From NCBI GenBank assembly GCA_019721075.1, contig JAHEAD010000001.1, positions 124,001-188,000 on the forward strand: 64,000 bases of DNA. Direction: 5' to 3'. Below, one piece after another: positions 11,245 through 21,588 of this stretch. The stretch is from Candidatus Sysuiplasma jiujiangense (lineage in GTDB: Archaea; Thermoplasmatota; Thermoplasmata; Sysuiplasmatales; Sysuiplasmataceae). Below the pieces are notes generated by a model. That model had not been told where the DNA came from. It ran no database searches and saw only the letters and a list, made by a program, of their open reading frames with translations. The translations under genes were made by a program, and so were the position numbers. The number at the start of each line of letters is the position of its first letter. The stretch's first letter is position 1.

Positions 11245-12091
11245 CCGCGGATACACCCCTGTTTCTGCATATGACAGTTTTACCGTAATCCTTCAAAGCG
11301 TTTACAACCGCCGGCAACTCATCCCTGTCGGAAAGTGCAAAGATCGCCGGACCCGTTCCGGTTATGCCGGCGATTACCGCACCCCCGGCAAGCGAGGAGA
11401 ATATCGGTGCTGGATCGATGTTAAGCACGCGGCAGAGCAGGAGGGAATTCGCAAGGGCCGCCTCCCTGTAGAGCGAAAGTTTTGCAATTCCGTAGAAACT
11501 TTCCATCGCAGCCGTATTCTTCTTCAATTCGGCAAATGGCAGTGCTTTCTTCTCGGTGCTCCGTTCAGGTATTGAGTAAACGACGCTGTACTCCTTCCCC
11601 ATTTTCATTTCCCTCTCTACCGTCATCTTTTTGTTATCGGCGAAGATGATGCCGCCATAGTGGCAGGCTGCGGCATCGTCATATGCGCCGGTCAGCGAAA
11701 CACCCGCATTCAGCGAGGCGACAGCCGACAGCTGCAGCAGCCTTGATTCCGGAATTTCGGCGCCGTATGCGCGAAGAAGCGCGGAAATTACAGCCAGTGA
11801 AACGCTGCTGCTGCTCTTCATTCCCTTGGAAGGGGGAATTTCGGATTCCACTTCGATGTACAGACCGCCTTTACCTGTTTTATTGAAAGGCTCAACAGCT
11901 CTGACACACTCATTCACCAGTCTTCCGTCCACCGGAACGCTGTTTTTGAGCTCGAAGCTGCTCTCCCTGCCACCCTCGACCCTGACCTTCGCCTTGCTGC
12001 TGAGGCTTGTGCCCAGCGTTACGCCGCTGAAGGAAACTATACCGCTCACTATTGTAGCAGCACAATATTCTGTGGCTTCCGCATCAAACAT
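11228..12091 (-). CDS. aroK: Archaeal GHMP-family shikimate kinase
   Basis: SEIPPSKGMKSSS, GVSLTGAYDDAAAC, GITGTGPA; operon position. Confidence 0.9.
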   Translation of the reverse strand: MFDAEATEYCAATIVSGIVSFSGVTLGTSLSSKAKVRVEGGRESSFELKNSVPVDGRLVNECVRAVEPFNKTGKGGLYIEVESEIPPSKGMKSSSSVSLAVISALLRAYGAEIPESRLLQLSAVASLNAGVSLTGAYDDAAACHYGGIIFADNKKMTVEREMKMGKEYSVVYSIPERSTEKKALPFAELKKNTAAMESFYGIAKLSLYREAALANSLLLCRVLNIDPAPIFSSLAGGAVIAGITGTGPAIFALSDRDELPAVVNALKDYGKTVICRNRGVSADGVVF

Positions 12092-13491
12092 CAGGCATCC
12101 TTCCCCCGTTCGACCAGCTCAATCATTTCTTCGACAGGCGGCTCGACTCCTGTCCACAGCCGGAAAGACTCTGCTGCCTGCAGGGCAAGAAGCTTTTCTC
12201 CGCCAACGTAGCCTATGCCTCTGCTGCGTGCCAGCTGTTCGAACAATCTGCACCCGCCCGAATAAACAAAGTCTATTATCAAATCAAAAGCACAGCCTGT
12301 TACTTTATCCGGAATTTGGTCTGATACACCATCCATTCCCAGAGGCGTACAGTTGACAAGCAGATCATACTTGGATCCCGGACTGAAGTTTCTTCTGTCT
12401 ACATTGAGACTCTTCTGCAGCATCTCGACTTTCTCGCTGCTCCGGGAATAAACCGTTATGTCCCAGCCGTCAAGCGCGGCGGCTGCTGCCCGCGCGGCGC
12501 CTCCTGCACCGAATATCAGCGCGCTTCCCTCTTCCATTCCGCTGATCACACTTCTGAATGCGTCAAAATCGGTATTATGGCCTTCCAGTTTTCCCTGCCT
12601 GTTTACAATTGTGTTGACAGCCTGTATTCGCTCAGCCTCGCCGGAAAGCGAATGAAGAAAAGGAAGGACATCCTGCTTGTACGGCATCGTAACATTGATT
12701 CCCCTTGCGCCTGAGGCAACTGCAAGTTCAAAGAAAGACTCGAGTTCCGTGCTTTCCTTCACGCTTACAGCAACATATCTTCCGGGAATCCCGCATCTCT
12801 TCATCGCATGGTTCTGTATGAGCGGGGAAAGACTGTGTTCCACCGATCGGCCGATTAAAAGAAGAAGCATGCCTTTTTCTATATCCCTCAAGTCTTCGAA
12901 TACCAGCTGGCCCTCTGCCGTCTGCTCTGCCCGGGAGAGTGAAGCATAAGCCCATGGGCTTCCGCCCTTCATCGACACGATTCTCGTCAGCACCCCTTCT
13001 CTGCCCATTGAGAAGGCAATTACCCTGTCCCTTTCCTCTGCCGGAACAGATCTGGCAATTATCGATGCCTCCCTCATCGAACCGACGATCGAGATGCACT
13101 TTGCAATTGCGTACCGCCGTAATTCCCTTTGCAGAATCGAAAGAGCTTCCTTTTCGTCCCTTATTTTCCCATGGAATGAAGCGATGATTTTCCTGCGCAG
13201 GTTTTCCGGCAGATCCATCGACTCAGCGTCACTCACATCGACGTCAATGAAATCGAAATCGGAAAATAACAGCTCCGCGTCCGGGCGGGAAAGCAGCCTG
13301 ATGGAGTCACCCTTCAGCGTCGCTATCTTCATTATCTTTACCGATGAGGAAATTTCCCTCACCGTCCGCTCTGACAGCACACCTATTGAATCCAGCCTGA
13401 ACTCGACAATGTCCGCACCGGATGATTCGGCCACCCTGGCCTTCTCCATAATTTCAGCGGCATTCTTTCCGGCTACAGAAACACATATCAT
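12091..13491 (-). CDS. aroDE: Fused type I 3-dehydroquinate dehydratase / shikimate dehydrogenase
   Basis: N-terminal half ADIVEFRLD, ASFH, FSMG..G..TR, AEGQ. C-terminal half HSLSP, NVTMPYK, AVNT, GHNTD, GAGGAARA, NCTPLGM. Confidence 0.9.
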   Translation of the reverse strand: MICVSVAGKNAAEIMEKARVAESSGADIVEFRLDSIGVLSERTVREISSSVKIMKIATLKGDSIRLLSRPDAELLFSDFDFIDVDVSDAESMDLPENLRRKIIASFHGKIRDEKEALSILQRELRRYAIAKCISIVGSMREASIIARSVPAEERDRVIAFSMGREGVLTRIVSMKGGSPWAYASLSRAEQTAEGQLVFEDLRDIEKGMLLLLIGRSVEHSLSPLIQNHAMKRCGIPGRYVAVSVKESTELESFFELAVASGARGINVTMPYKQDVLPFLHSLSGEAERIQAVNTIVNRQGKLEGHNTDFDAFRSVISGMEEGSALIFGAGGAARAAAAALDGWDITVYSRSSEKVEMLQKSLNVDRRNFSPGSKYDLLVNCTPLGMDGVSDQIPDKVTGCAFDLIIDFVYSGGCRLFEQLARSRGIGYVGGEKLLALQAAESFRLWTGVEPPVEEMIELVERGKDA

Positions 13492-13499
13492 GGAAGGCG

Positions 13500-14531
13500 T
13501 TACCTCTCAAAAACAGTCTCATTCACTCTCATTCCGAAATGCCTGGCGCCTTCCTGTCTGCAAATGACTACGCTGTCACCTTTCTTAATGCCTGTAACAG
13601 GTATATGACCGGACAGAGTGCACAGATTAACCGTCTCTGCATTCTGAAGAATTATGCTGCATTCCTCTCCGTCCACTGCCGCACGAATCAGCAACAGAGG
13701 TCTTCTCTCAATCTTCACCCTTCCCACAGTCACATTTCTTGAAGTTCCGTCGGTTTTCACCGCCGGCAGCTGCATGCCTGACTTCAGCTCTGAAAGATAG
13801 CTGGTCCGTCCCCCGGGGGAAAGAATGTACGAGTGGACGGGGCCCGCGTTGACACGAAAAGGTCTCGCATTGACAAATTTGCTTTCAAGCGACTCGGAAT
13901 GTATCAGGAAGAGACACGAAGACTGTGAACCGACAAGCATTCCTTCCCCCTCAGAGAGGATGGAGCATGTGTCTATACAAACCCTGTCTCCCATGCCCGC
14001 GTGGTTCACGGAAGTTACCTCAGCCTCCTCCAGCTTGTAAACCGGATTTCCGGATCTGAGCAATCTGCCAAATTCACCTATTTCATGATGGTTTGATACG
14101 ACTGCAAGTATGCCGTCCACGCCTTTTTCCAGTGTGCTCAGAAAAAGCTCCGCTTCCCTGGCACTTTTTGCAGTTACGACAAGTTTCGCACTGTTCTTCG
14201 AGCACATTGCTATCAGATTTTCCACAGGAATGACCTTCCAGTCTGTCACTTCCACGACAAGAAAATCCAGTCTGAATCTGGAGAGGTCAGGCATGTCCCC
14301 TTCTTCGGCTATTCTGACGTAACTGCCAATTTTTTCCTCGCCATCATACAGGAATCCGTCCTTCAACTGGAGTGGCCTGAAGTAGGCACCCTGGAGGAGT
14401 TCCCTGTCCTCATCTGAAATCACAATATCTGTGAAACCACTTTCAATTGCGTCCAGAATAAGTCTCTGCCGCGCCTTCTTTTCCTTCCCTTGCGCAAGTA
14501 TCCAGAAGAACTTATCTTCAGTCAAAGTCAT
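13500..14531 (-). CDS. aroB': 3-dehydroquinate synthase II (archaeal)
   Basis: DWKVIPVENLIA, LEKGVDG, GDRVCIDTCS, GEGMLVGS, RPFRVNAGPVHSY, ILQNAETV, ARHFG. Confidence 0.93.
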   Translation of the reverse strand: MTLTEDKFFWILAQGKEKKARQRLILDAIESGFTDIVISDEDRELLQGAYFRPLQLKDGFLYDGEEKIGSYVRIAEEGDMPDLSRFRLDFLVVEVTDWKVIPVENLIAMCSKNSAKLVVTAKSAREAELFLSTLEKGVDGILAVVSNHHEIGEFGRLLRSGNPVYKLEEAEVTSVNHAGMGDRVCIDTCSILSEGEGMLVGSQSSCLFLIHSESLESKFVNARPFRVNAGPVHSYILSPGGRTSYLSELKSGMQLPAVKTDGTSRNVTVGRVKIERRPLLLIRAAVDGEECSIILQNAETVNLCTLSGHIPVTGIKKGDSVVICRQEGARHFGMRVNETVFER

Positions 14532-15337
14532 CCCAGCAGCTTGGCGGCTTCCTCTGCTTCCGCCCCGTCAAAGAGTATTCTTGAGATAGCCTGTGTCATT
14601 GCGGTAGGATCCTTGTGTTGCCATATATTCCGTCCGATGGATATGCCTCTTGCACCGCTGTTCATTGCGCCTTTCACCATTCGCAGCACCTCCATATCCG
14701 AGTTTAATTTCGGACCTCCTGCTATTAGTATTGGCACAGGACATCCCTTTACAACTTCCCTGAACGTCTCCTCAGATCCAGTGTAATAGACCTTAACAAC
14801 GTCAGCCCCAAGTTCGGCACCGACACGTGCAACATGCTTCAGCAAATCCACACTGTATGGATCGCGGATAGCGCTTCCCCTCGGATACATCATTGCGAGA
14901 AGCGGCATTCCCCAGTTTCTGCAGTCTCTAACAATCCTTCCTGCATCCTCAAGCATCCGGGCATCATCTTCCGCGCCCACATTGATATGAATGGAAATGC
15001 CGTCTGCGCCGAGCTGTATCCCTTCCTCAACGCTTCCGACCAGCACCTTCGTGTTGGGTGTCGGCGAAAGTTTCGTGCTCGCCGACAAATGCACTATCAG
15101 TCCTATGTCACGGCCGTATCCTCTGTGACCGGATTCCACCAGTCCTTTGTGAATGACTATCGCGGTCGCCCCACCTTGCGAAACTTTATCAATGGCATCC
15201 CTTATATCCACTATCCCCGGCAGGGGCCCTTCAGACAATCCATGGTCCATCGGAACAACAAGTGCTGCGGATGACTTTCTGTCGAATATTCGTTCCAGCC
15301 TGATGCTTTTGCCTATCATGGAGATACCGTAAGACAC
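14528..15337 (-). CDS. aroA': 2-amino-3,7-dideoxy-D-threo-hept-6-ulosonate (ADH) synthase, class I aldolase family
   Basis: GKSIRLERI, VPMDHG, HKG, HLSAST, WGMPLLAMMYPRG, ELGADVVK, IAGGPK, GRNIWQ. Adjacent to DHQ synthase II. Confidence 0.9.
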   Translation of the reverse strand: MSYGISMIGKSIRLERIFDRKSSAALVVPMDHGLSEGPLPGIVDIRDAIDKVSQGGATAIVIHKGLVESGHRGYGRDIGLIVHLSASTKLSPTPNTKVLVGSVEEGIQLGADGISIHINVGAEDDARMLEDAGRIVRDCRNWGMPLLAMMYPRGSAIRDPYSVDLLKHVARVGAELGADVVKVYYTGSEETFREVVKGCPVPILIAGGPKLNSDMEVLRMVKGAMNSGARGISIGRNIWQHKDPTAMTQAISRILFDGAEAEEAAKLLG

Positions 15338-15355
15338 TTTTAATCAGACAACATA

Positions 15356-15375
15356 TTTATACATTATTGTATAAA
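15356..15375. promoter_or_regulatory. Perfect 8-bp inverted repeat TTTATACA-N4-TGTATAAA forming symmetric divergent TATA boxes or an operator
   Basis: Seen in the 55-bp gap between the aromatic operon and the ACT regulator. Each TTTATA ends about 32-33 nt before the start codon on its strand. Confidence 0.6.
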
Positions 15376-15392
15376 GACATACACTGAAGAGC

Positions 15393-15893
15393 ATGTGGGA
15401 AGAGATAGTGAGAGAATTTGGAATTTACCCCAGCCAGTCAAAGGTGGCAAGGGCTATGCTGCAACTAGGACTTAGTGTCAGGGAAGGGAGTATCTACTGT
15501 GGTGAAATCAGGCTCAGCGACGCGGCGATAGCCCGTGCGCTTGGCGTTGACAGGAGAGTGGTTCATGCGACAGCAAAGACAATCTCGGAGAGCAGCGAAC
15601 TTTCAAAATTCTTCGGTTTCCTGAAGCCCGTCGCCAACCTCAAGGATGCAGGACCCCAGATCGGATGGAGCACCATAGAGATCACGCCGGATGACGCAGA
15701 TAAACCAGGCATACTTGCCGATGTATCAAGGATAATAGCCGATGCGGGAATAAGCATAAGACAGGCAATTGTGGAAGATCCGGAACTCACAGAGAATCCC
15801 AGGCTGTACGTCGTCACTTCCTCCGAAGTTCCGCTTGAGCTGATTCCGCTCCTGCGCAGGGCAAGGGGAGTCAGCGAACTCACACTGAAGTGA
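15393..15893 (+). CDS. Predicted regulator of amino-acid metabolism, HTH plus ACT domain (COG2150-like)
   Basis: YPSQSKVA...GLSVREG.IYCG.I, IARALGVDRRVV (HTH), KPGILADVSRIIADAGISIRQA (ACT). Divergent from the aromatic operon. Confidence 0.85.
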   Translation: MWEEIVREFGIYPSQSKVARAMLQLGLSVREGSIYCGEIRLSDAAIARALGVDRRVVHATAKTISESSELSKFFGFLKPVANLKDAGPQIGWSTIEITPDDADKPGILADVSRIIADAGISIRQAIVEDPELTENPRLYVVTSSEVPLELIPLLRRARGVSELTLK

Positions 15894-15897
15894 TTGT

Positions 15898-16986
15898 TCA
15901 GAGATTCCGGGTTGACATCGAATGCATCAACCTTTCAGATGCATCGGACGCGTAAGTCCTGTTGAGTTCAAAGCCTATGCCATTCCGGCCCAGACTGGCT
16001 GAGGCTACAAGTGTTGTTCCCGAACCGAGAAAGGGGTCGAGGACAGTTTCGCCGTAGTAGCTGAACGCCCTGACGATACGCATCGGAAGTTCAACCGAGA
16101 AGGGAGAGATGTGTTTTCTTCCCCTGCCGCTCCTTTCAGGTTTCATAAGCCAGACATCGCTTTTCTTAACATTTATCCAGAAATCCTTTTCCAATATCGA
16201 CCGCTCTCTGGAATCCCTGTCGACATGAGCATATTTTCTGTATCTGCCGGGCGACGGCTTCTCAAATTCAAGTATAAACTCATGGGCATGGTTTATCAGT
16301 ATACCGCCGGGATACGGATATGTTCCGAAGTGCGCCCTGGAGGAATTTGTTTTATGCCAGACAATGTCCCGCCGGAAAACGAAACCGATACTCTCGCATA
16401 GATCTATTGTCTTTCCCGTCAGGTTCAGCGTCCTGAAGCTGCCCTTCTCCCTCAACGGCAGGTTCATTATGTTCAAAAAAAACTTCCTTCCCGGTTGAAG
16501 AACACGGTACACTTCAGACCAGACCTTTCCTATTTCGCTCAGCCATAAGCCAAGATCATGGATATTTCCAAGATCGCCCTCGTATTCTCCGTCAATCGAA
16601 TACATTTTTGTGTCAAAATACGGCGGGGATGTTATCACCAGATTTACACTGTCGCTTGGGACATAATCCATATTTTGTGAATTCCCCACTACTATTTCCT
16701 GAACAGTGCCGTTTACAGCATGGCAAAAGTGTTTGCATTCTGAGACAGATGGACCGGTGTCAATCCTTTCCGGCACAACCAGTTTCCGGAATTTTTCAAT
16801 TTCACTCATGTCGAACCTGTGCTGTCCGCTCGCAGATCTGTAGCTGCGGAGCGTGCCATTCCTGACAGAGTCGTAGATCGTATCTAGACCGATTCCAAGA
16901 ACCTTCGAAACCTCCGACGCAGACAGATAGGCCCTTTTCCTGTAATCGTCCAATTTTCTCCCTCTTGAGATCCGGCCGCAGTACAA
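15898..16986 (-). CDS. Beta-class N4-C/N6-A DNA methyltransferase with N-terminal excisionase/MerR-like HTH
   Basis: YLSASEVSKVLGI...TIY...G.L...SGQHRF (HTH_17-like). Motif IV TSPPY precedes motif I VLDPFLGSGTT. Confidence 0.85.
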   Translation of the reverse strand: MYCGRISRGRKLDDYRKRAYLSASEVSKVLGIGLDTIYDSVRNGTLRSYRSASGQHRFDMSEIEKFRKLVVPERIDTGPSVSECKHFCHAVNGTVQEIVVGNSQNMDYVPSDSVNLVITSPPYFDTKMYSIDGEYEGDLGNIHDLGLWLSEIGKVWSEVYRVLQPGRKFFLNIMNLPLREKGSFRTLNLTGKTIDLCESIGFVFRRDIVWHKTNSSRAHFGTYPYPGGILINHAHEFILEFEKPSPGRYRKYAHVDRDSRERSILEKDFWINVKKSDVWLMKPERSGRGRKHISPFSVELPMRIVRAFSYYGETVLDPFLGSGTTLVASASLGRNGIGFELNRTYASDASERLMHSMSTRNL

Positions 16987-17058
16987 ACGATCACTGATTG
17001 CCGTTCTTCTATAGATTATTGTCCGTTAAAGCGCATCCTGATGGCGATTTTTTCTTCT

Positions 17059-17800
17059 CTACTGACCTTTTTTGTCCTTATCCTGTCGTTCGATCGTCTC
17101 CGGCTTCGTGGAGATGGATGTCAGGTACAGACTGATGTACGGGTAAAGCGCATAAACTATTTTGGATTCCGCCTTGCTGATGTGTTCCTGCAGGACGGAT
17201 TCGCCCAATGCAGCTGATCTCGCAAGGCGTTCAATTGAGCTTTTCTTCGGAACATCGAAATATCCTGAAGCCACGGCACGCGAGAAATGTTCCAGCTGTT
17301 TCCTGGTAAGACCCTGGAAGAGAGTGGATAATGACAGTGTGTAGGAATCGCGGAGTGCGTCGGTCGCGACAGTAGTTCTGCTCAGGATGTCCACCTCGGC
17401 AATCTTCTCAAGCTTTGCGTACAGTCTCCTGAAACTGTTTCCCTCCAGGGCAACAACAATGATTGATTCCATTCCTCCTGCATATGTGACTGGTGCTTTC
17501 CAGAGACAGTCGGACTCCTCAGCCATCCTGGCGGTTGAATTCAGCGGGCTGCACCGGCATTTGACCATTACACTCAGTCTGCCAGTGGAAAGAGATTCAT
17601 TATATCAGCTCGCTATGCAGTTCGGATACAACAGCCGGAAGTCCCTCACGGATATCGTTGAGCACTGCCCCGTCAGGAGAGCCAATCTCCAGATAATCCA
17701 CCATCGAATTGCACCATCTGCTGATCGAGGCATCGGGATAAGCGATGGAGAGATTGTTGAACGGCAAAGTGTGTTTCATCCTGAGAATAATTTCTTCCAT
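17059..17800 (-). pseudogene. Bacterio-opsin-activator-like (HTH_10) regulator split by a frameshift near 17600
   Basis: N-terminal ORF 17600-17800 (MEEIILRMKHTLPFNNLS..YP...ISRWCN) and C-terminal ORF ending LTRKQ...AVASGYFDVPKKSSIERLA are one base out of frame at ...CTG ATA TAAT GAA TCT. Confidence 0.7.
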
Positions 17801-17871
17801 AAGACCTACCGGTCCCCAACGGTAGTAAGTATATGCTGCACGATGCTATTTCAATCCATGGTGATACAAAA

Positions 17872-18132
17872 ATGTCGGATTTCCTAATCCAGCATGTCTG
17901 GAAGAGCGAGAATACTGAAAATGCGGTAAAAACCGTAAAGGCCATAGCGGGAATGGCAAAGGATGGCAAGCTGCCACAGGGTTTCAAACTGAAATCCATA
18001 AACGCGGTTAGCGGCGAGAACAGGGCATTCTGTACCTGGGAAGCGCCAAGCAGAAAAGCGCTCGCCGATCTCGTGGCACAGGTAAGACCACCCACTGAAG
18101 TTACGATCTTTGAACTTCAGAAAATGTACTGA
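17872..18132 (+). CDS. Small hypothetical protein, probable ferredoxin-like alpha/beta fold
   Basis: GGTGAT SD before ATG 17872; FCTWEAPS motif; co-oriented with the next gene. Confidence 0.7.
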   Translation: MSDFLIQHVWKSENTENAVKTVKAIAGMAKDGKLPQGFKLKSINAVSGENRAFCTWEAPSRKALADLVAQVRPPTEVTIFELQKMY

Positions 18133-18143
18133 GGCGAAACAAA

Positions 18144-18347
18144 ATGCAAAAGAATGTTGGTCCTGCTGACAGGGGGGTCAGGATCGTGGCAGGACTGCTT
18201 TTACTCGCGGCCATTTTCTACACTGGTGGCCTGTTGCAGATACTTGTGGCAGTCATAGGTCTGATTGCTCTTGTTACAGGTCTAAGCGGCTACTGCGTGC
18301 TTTATTCAATAGCCGGTATAAACAGGGTCGGAAAAAACACCCAGTGA
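18144..18347 (+). CDS. YgaP-like (DUF2892) two-TM membrane protein
   Basis: KNVG.ADR..RI..G, two hydrophobic helices, TG..GYC.LYS..GI. Confidence 0.85.
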   Translation: MQKNVGPADRGVRIVAGLLLLAAIFYTGGLLQILVAVIGLIALVTGLSGYCVLYSIAGINRVGKNTQ

Positions 18348-18433
18348 GCGATCGCCTGAGGTAAACATCAGTAAACTGTTTAATCTGACAGGCAGAAATC
18401 AGCTGCCTGTTAATATTTGCAGCAGTGTCTGCG

Positions 18434-21400
18434 TCAGAGTCGTTCTATACCCGGTTTTCCGCTGATGCTGAATTCGATGGCGTCGGTTATTGCCATTGCT
18501 CCGCTTATAGTTGTTACAAGCGGTATATTCGTCTCGACTGCGAGTCGCCTCATCATTGCACCGTCCCGGAGGCTTCCGGAACTTACCCTGGGGGTATTGA
18601 TGACAAGAGATACCTTGCCGGAGCGCATCAGTCCCAGAGCGTCAGGCTTGAGATTCTCTGATATCCTGTACGCCCTGGTGGCTCCGACGCCGTTGGCTTC
18701 AAGAAATTCCTGGGTTCCCCTGGTGGCAAAGATGCCGAAGCCCATTTCTGCCAGCTTCCTTGCCACCGGGAGGAGTTTTCTCTTGTCTTCATCTCTCACG
18801 GTCAGGTAAACCGATCCTGCGGCAGGCAATTTCATTCCGGCGGATGTGAATGCCTTCCAGTATGCTTCGGCGTATGTCCTCCCGATGCCCATTACTTCGC
18901 CGGTACTCTTCATTTCAGGACCTAGGACGCTGTCAACGCCTCTGAGTTTCAGAAACGGGAAAACGGAGACCTTCACTGCAATTCTGCCAACCCGTTTCGC
19001 GTTCAGATCGAATTCATCGAGTGAGTGGCCAAGGATTACCTTCGTGGCAATTTTGGAAAGAGGTATTCCGGTTGCCTTGGACACGAAGGGGATGGTGCGG
19101 CTTCCTCTCGGATTTGCCTCAAGGACTGAAACCTTGCCATCCCTCACGGCAAACTGGTAATTTGCCAGTCCCCTCACATTTAATGCAGAGGTTAGTATTT
19201 CAGTCTGCCTTTCGATTTCTCTCAGCTCCTGCTCATGCAAAGTGTGCGGAGGCAGGACCATCGTGGCATCTCCGGAGTGAACACCGGCCTGCTCCACATG
19301 CTCCATTATACCTGCTATAAAGCACCTGCTGCCGTCGGAAATAACGTCCACGTCTACCTCCACAGCATCTGAAAGATATCTTTCAAGCAGAAGGCTGTTG
19401 CCGCCTCCCATCTTAATTCCATCGAGATACCACTCAAGCTGTTCGTCGTCGTTTACGATTTCCATTCCCCTGCCGCCTATTATATGCGATGGGCGCAGAA
19501 TGATGGGATATCCGAGTTTTCCGGCGGCCCTGATTGCGTCTGTTCTTGAAGTGACTGAAAGGGAATCCGGCTGCTCCAGACCGAGTTTTCTGACAAAATC
19601 AGAGAAATTCTTTCTGTCGCCTGCCAGAGAAAGAGATTCCGGCGGCGTTCCGAGTATTCTGACACGGCTGTCGCCGCTGAGCGACATGGCTGCGTTTAGC
19701 GCAGTCTGTCCTCCGAACTGTGTCATTATGCCAAACGGCTTTTCTCTCTCAACCACTGCCAGTATATCCTCGGAGGTAAGCGGCTCGAAATAAAGCCTGC
19801 TGCTCAGATCGAAGTCCGTTGAGACGGTCTCCGGATTGTTATTTATTATAACAGCATCGTAATTTTCTTCCCTTGTCGATATGGCAGCGTGTACGCAGCA
19901 GTAATCAAACTCTATGCCCTGCCCTATCCTGATCGGACCTCCGCCGATTATCAGAACTGTCCTGCGCTCTCCCTTGCTTACCTCATCCTCGCCGAAAGCG
20001 GTGCTGTAATAGTACGGTGTTTCAGCCTCGAATTCAGCACCGCAGGTATCCACCATTCTGAATACCCTGTTCGGCTTGATTGCCTTCTCTGATATACGGC
20101 TTATGTATGTTGAGGTAAAACCAGTCCTGGCTGCCTCGAGGACAGCTTGTTCATCGCCGGCAAGTATGCGTTTTTCAATGTCAACAAGTCCCTTCAGTTT
20201 GTTGAGGAAGAACAAATTCCAGTGGCATTTTTCATGCATATCGGCTGCTGAAAAGCCGCGACGGAATGCTTCGATCAGGCAAAAGAGCCTCCTGTCGGTG
20301 GGAATCTCTATTTCCTCCATGAGCCGGCTGTCGGTCCATTCAGATATTTCACCGCAATCCAGGTCAATGAGACCAAGTTCAAGTGAACGTAGAGCCTTGA
20401 GGATTGTTTCCTCAAATGTCCTTCCGATTGCCATTGTTTCGCCGGTGCTTTTCATCTGGGTTCCGATCTTCCTGTCCGCTAGACGGAACTTGTCGAAGGG
20501 CCAACGCGGGATCTTCACAACAACATAATCGAGTGAAGGCTCAAATGCTGCCTTTGTTTTCTTCGTTATCATGTTTTCAATCTCGTCGAGATGGAGGCCA
20601 AGAGCAATCTTTGCTGCAACCCTGGCGATAGGGTAACCGGTAGCCTTCGAAGCCAGTGCAGAACTTCTGGACACCCTGGGGTTAACCTCGACCACCCTGA
20701 ACTCTCTCGTCTTTGGGTGGACTGCGAACTGCACGTTGCATGCACCGTCTATTCCAAGAATTTCCACGATCCTGAGAGCGGCAGAGCGCAGCATCTGGTG
20801 TTCCCTGTCGCTAAGCGTCTGCGCAGGAGCTATCACAATACTTTCTCCCGTGTGGACGCCCATTGGATCCAGGTTTTCCATGCTGCACACTATGATGCTG
20901 TTCCCTGCAGCATCCCTTATGACCTCGTACTCGAACTCTTCCCAGTTGAGTATACTCTCTTCAACTATAACCTGACCTATCCTGGAACTTGCCAGTCCCG
21001 TCCCGACAATATATTCCAGCTCCTCATCATTTCTGGCTATTCCGCTGCCAGTACCGCCCAGTGTGTAGGCGGAACGGATCATTACAGGAAAACCGCCGAG
21101 TTTTTTCACATATTCCCTGGAACTCGGAATTGAGGTGCATGTGAAGCTCCTGGCAACAGGAAGGCCGCCACCGGTCATCGCCTCCCTGAACAGCTCCCGG
21201 TCCTCTGATGAAGCGATAGCCTTCGCGTTTGAACCGAGCAGTTTCACATTGTGCTTCGCGAGTATGCCTTTTTCTGAGAGTTCAGAACAGAGGTTCAGTG
21301 CCGTCTGACCTCCCATCCCGCTGAATATGCCATCTATCTTCTCCTTCTCAATGATCCTCTCAACAGTCTCAGATGTCATTGGTTCTATGTATACAATGTC

Positions 21401-21584
21401 CGCGATCTCGCGATCGCTCTGTATCGTGGCAGGATTTGAATTGAGCAGCACTACCTCGAAACCCTCTTCCCTTGCGGCTTTACATGCCTGGCTGCCGGAG
21501 AAGTCGAAATTCGGCGGCCTGTCCGATAACAATCGGACCAGAACCGATGACCAGCACTTTTTTCAACTTTGTGTTTGCTGGCAA
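18434..21584 (-). CDS. carB: Carbamoyl-phosphate synthase large subunit, with a +1 frameshift at about 21507-21509
   Basis: TTG 21584 gives [26 protein letters not shown]. The rest ([10 protein letters not shown]...[47 protein letters not shown]) is in the next frame. Confidence 0.93.
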
Positions 21585-21588
21585 AAAC

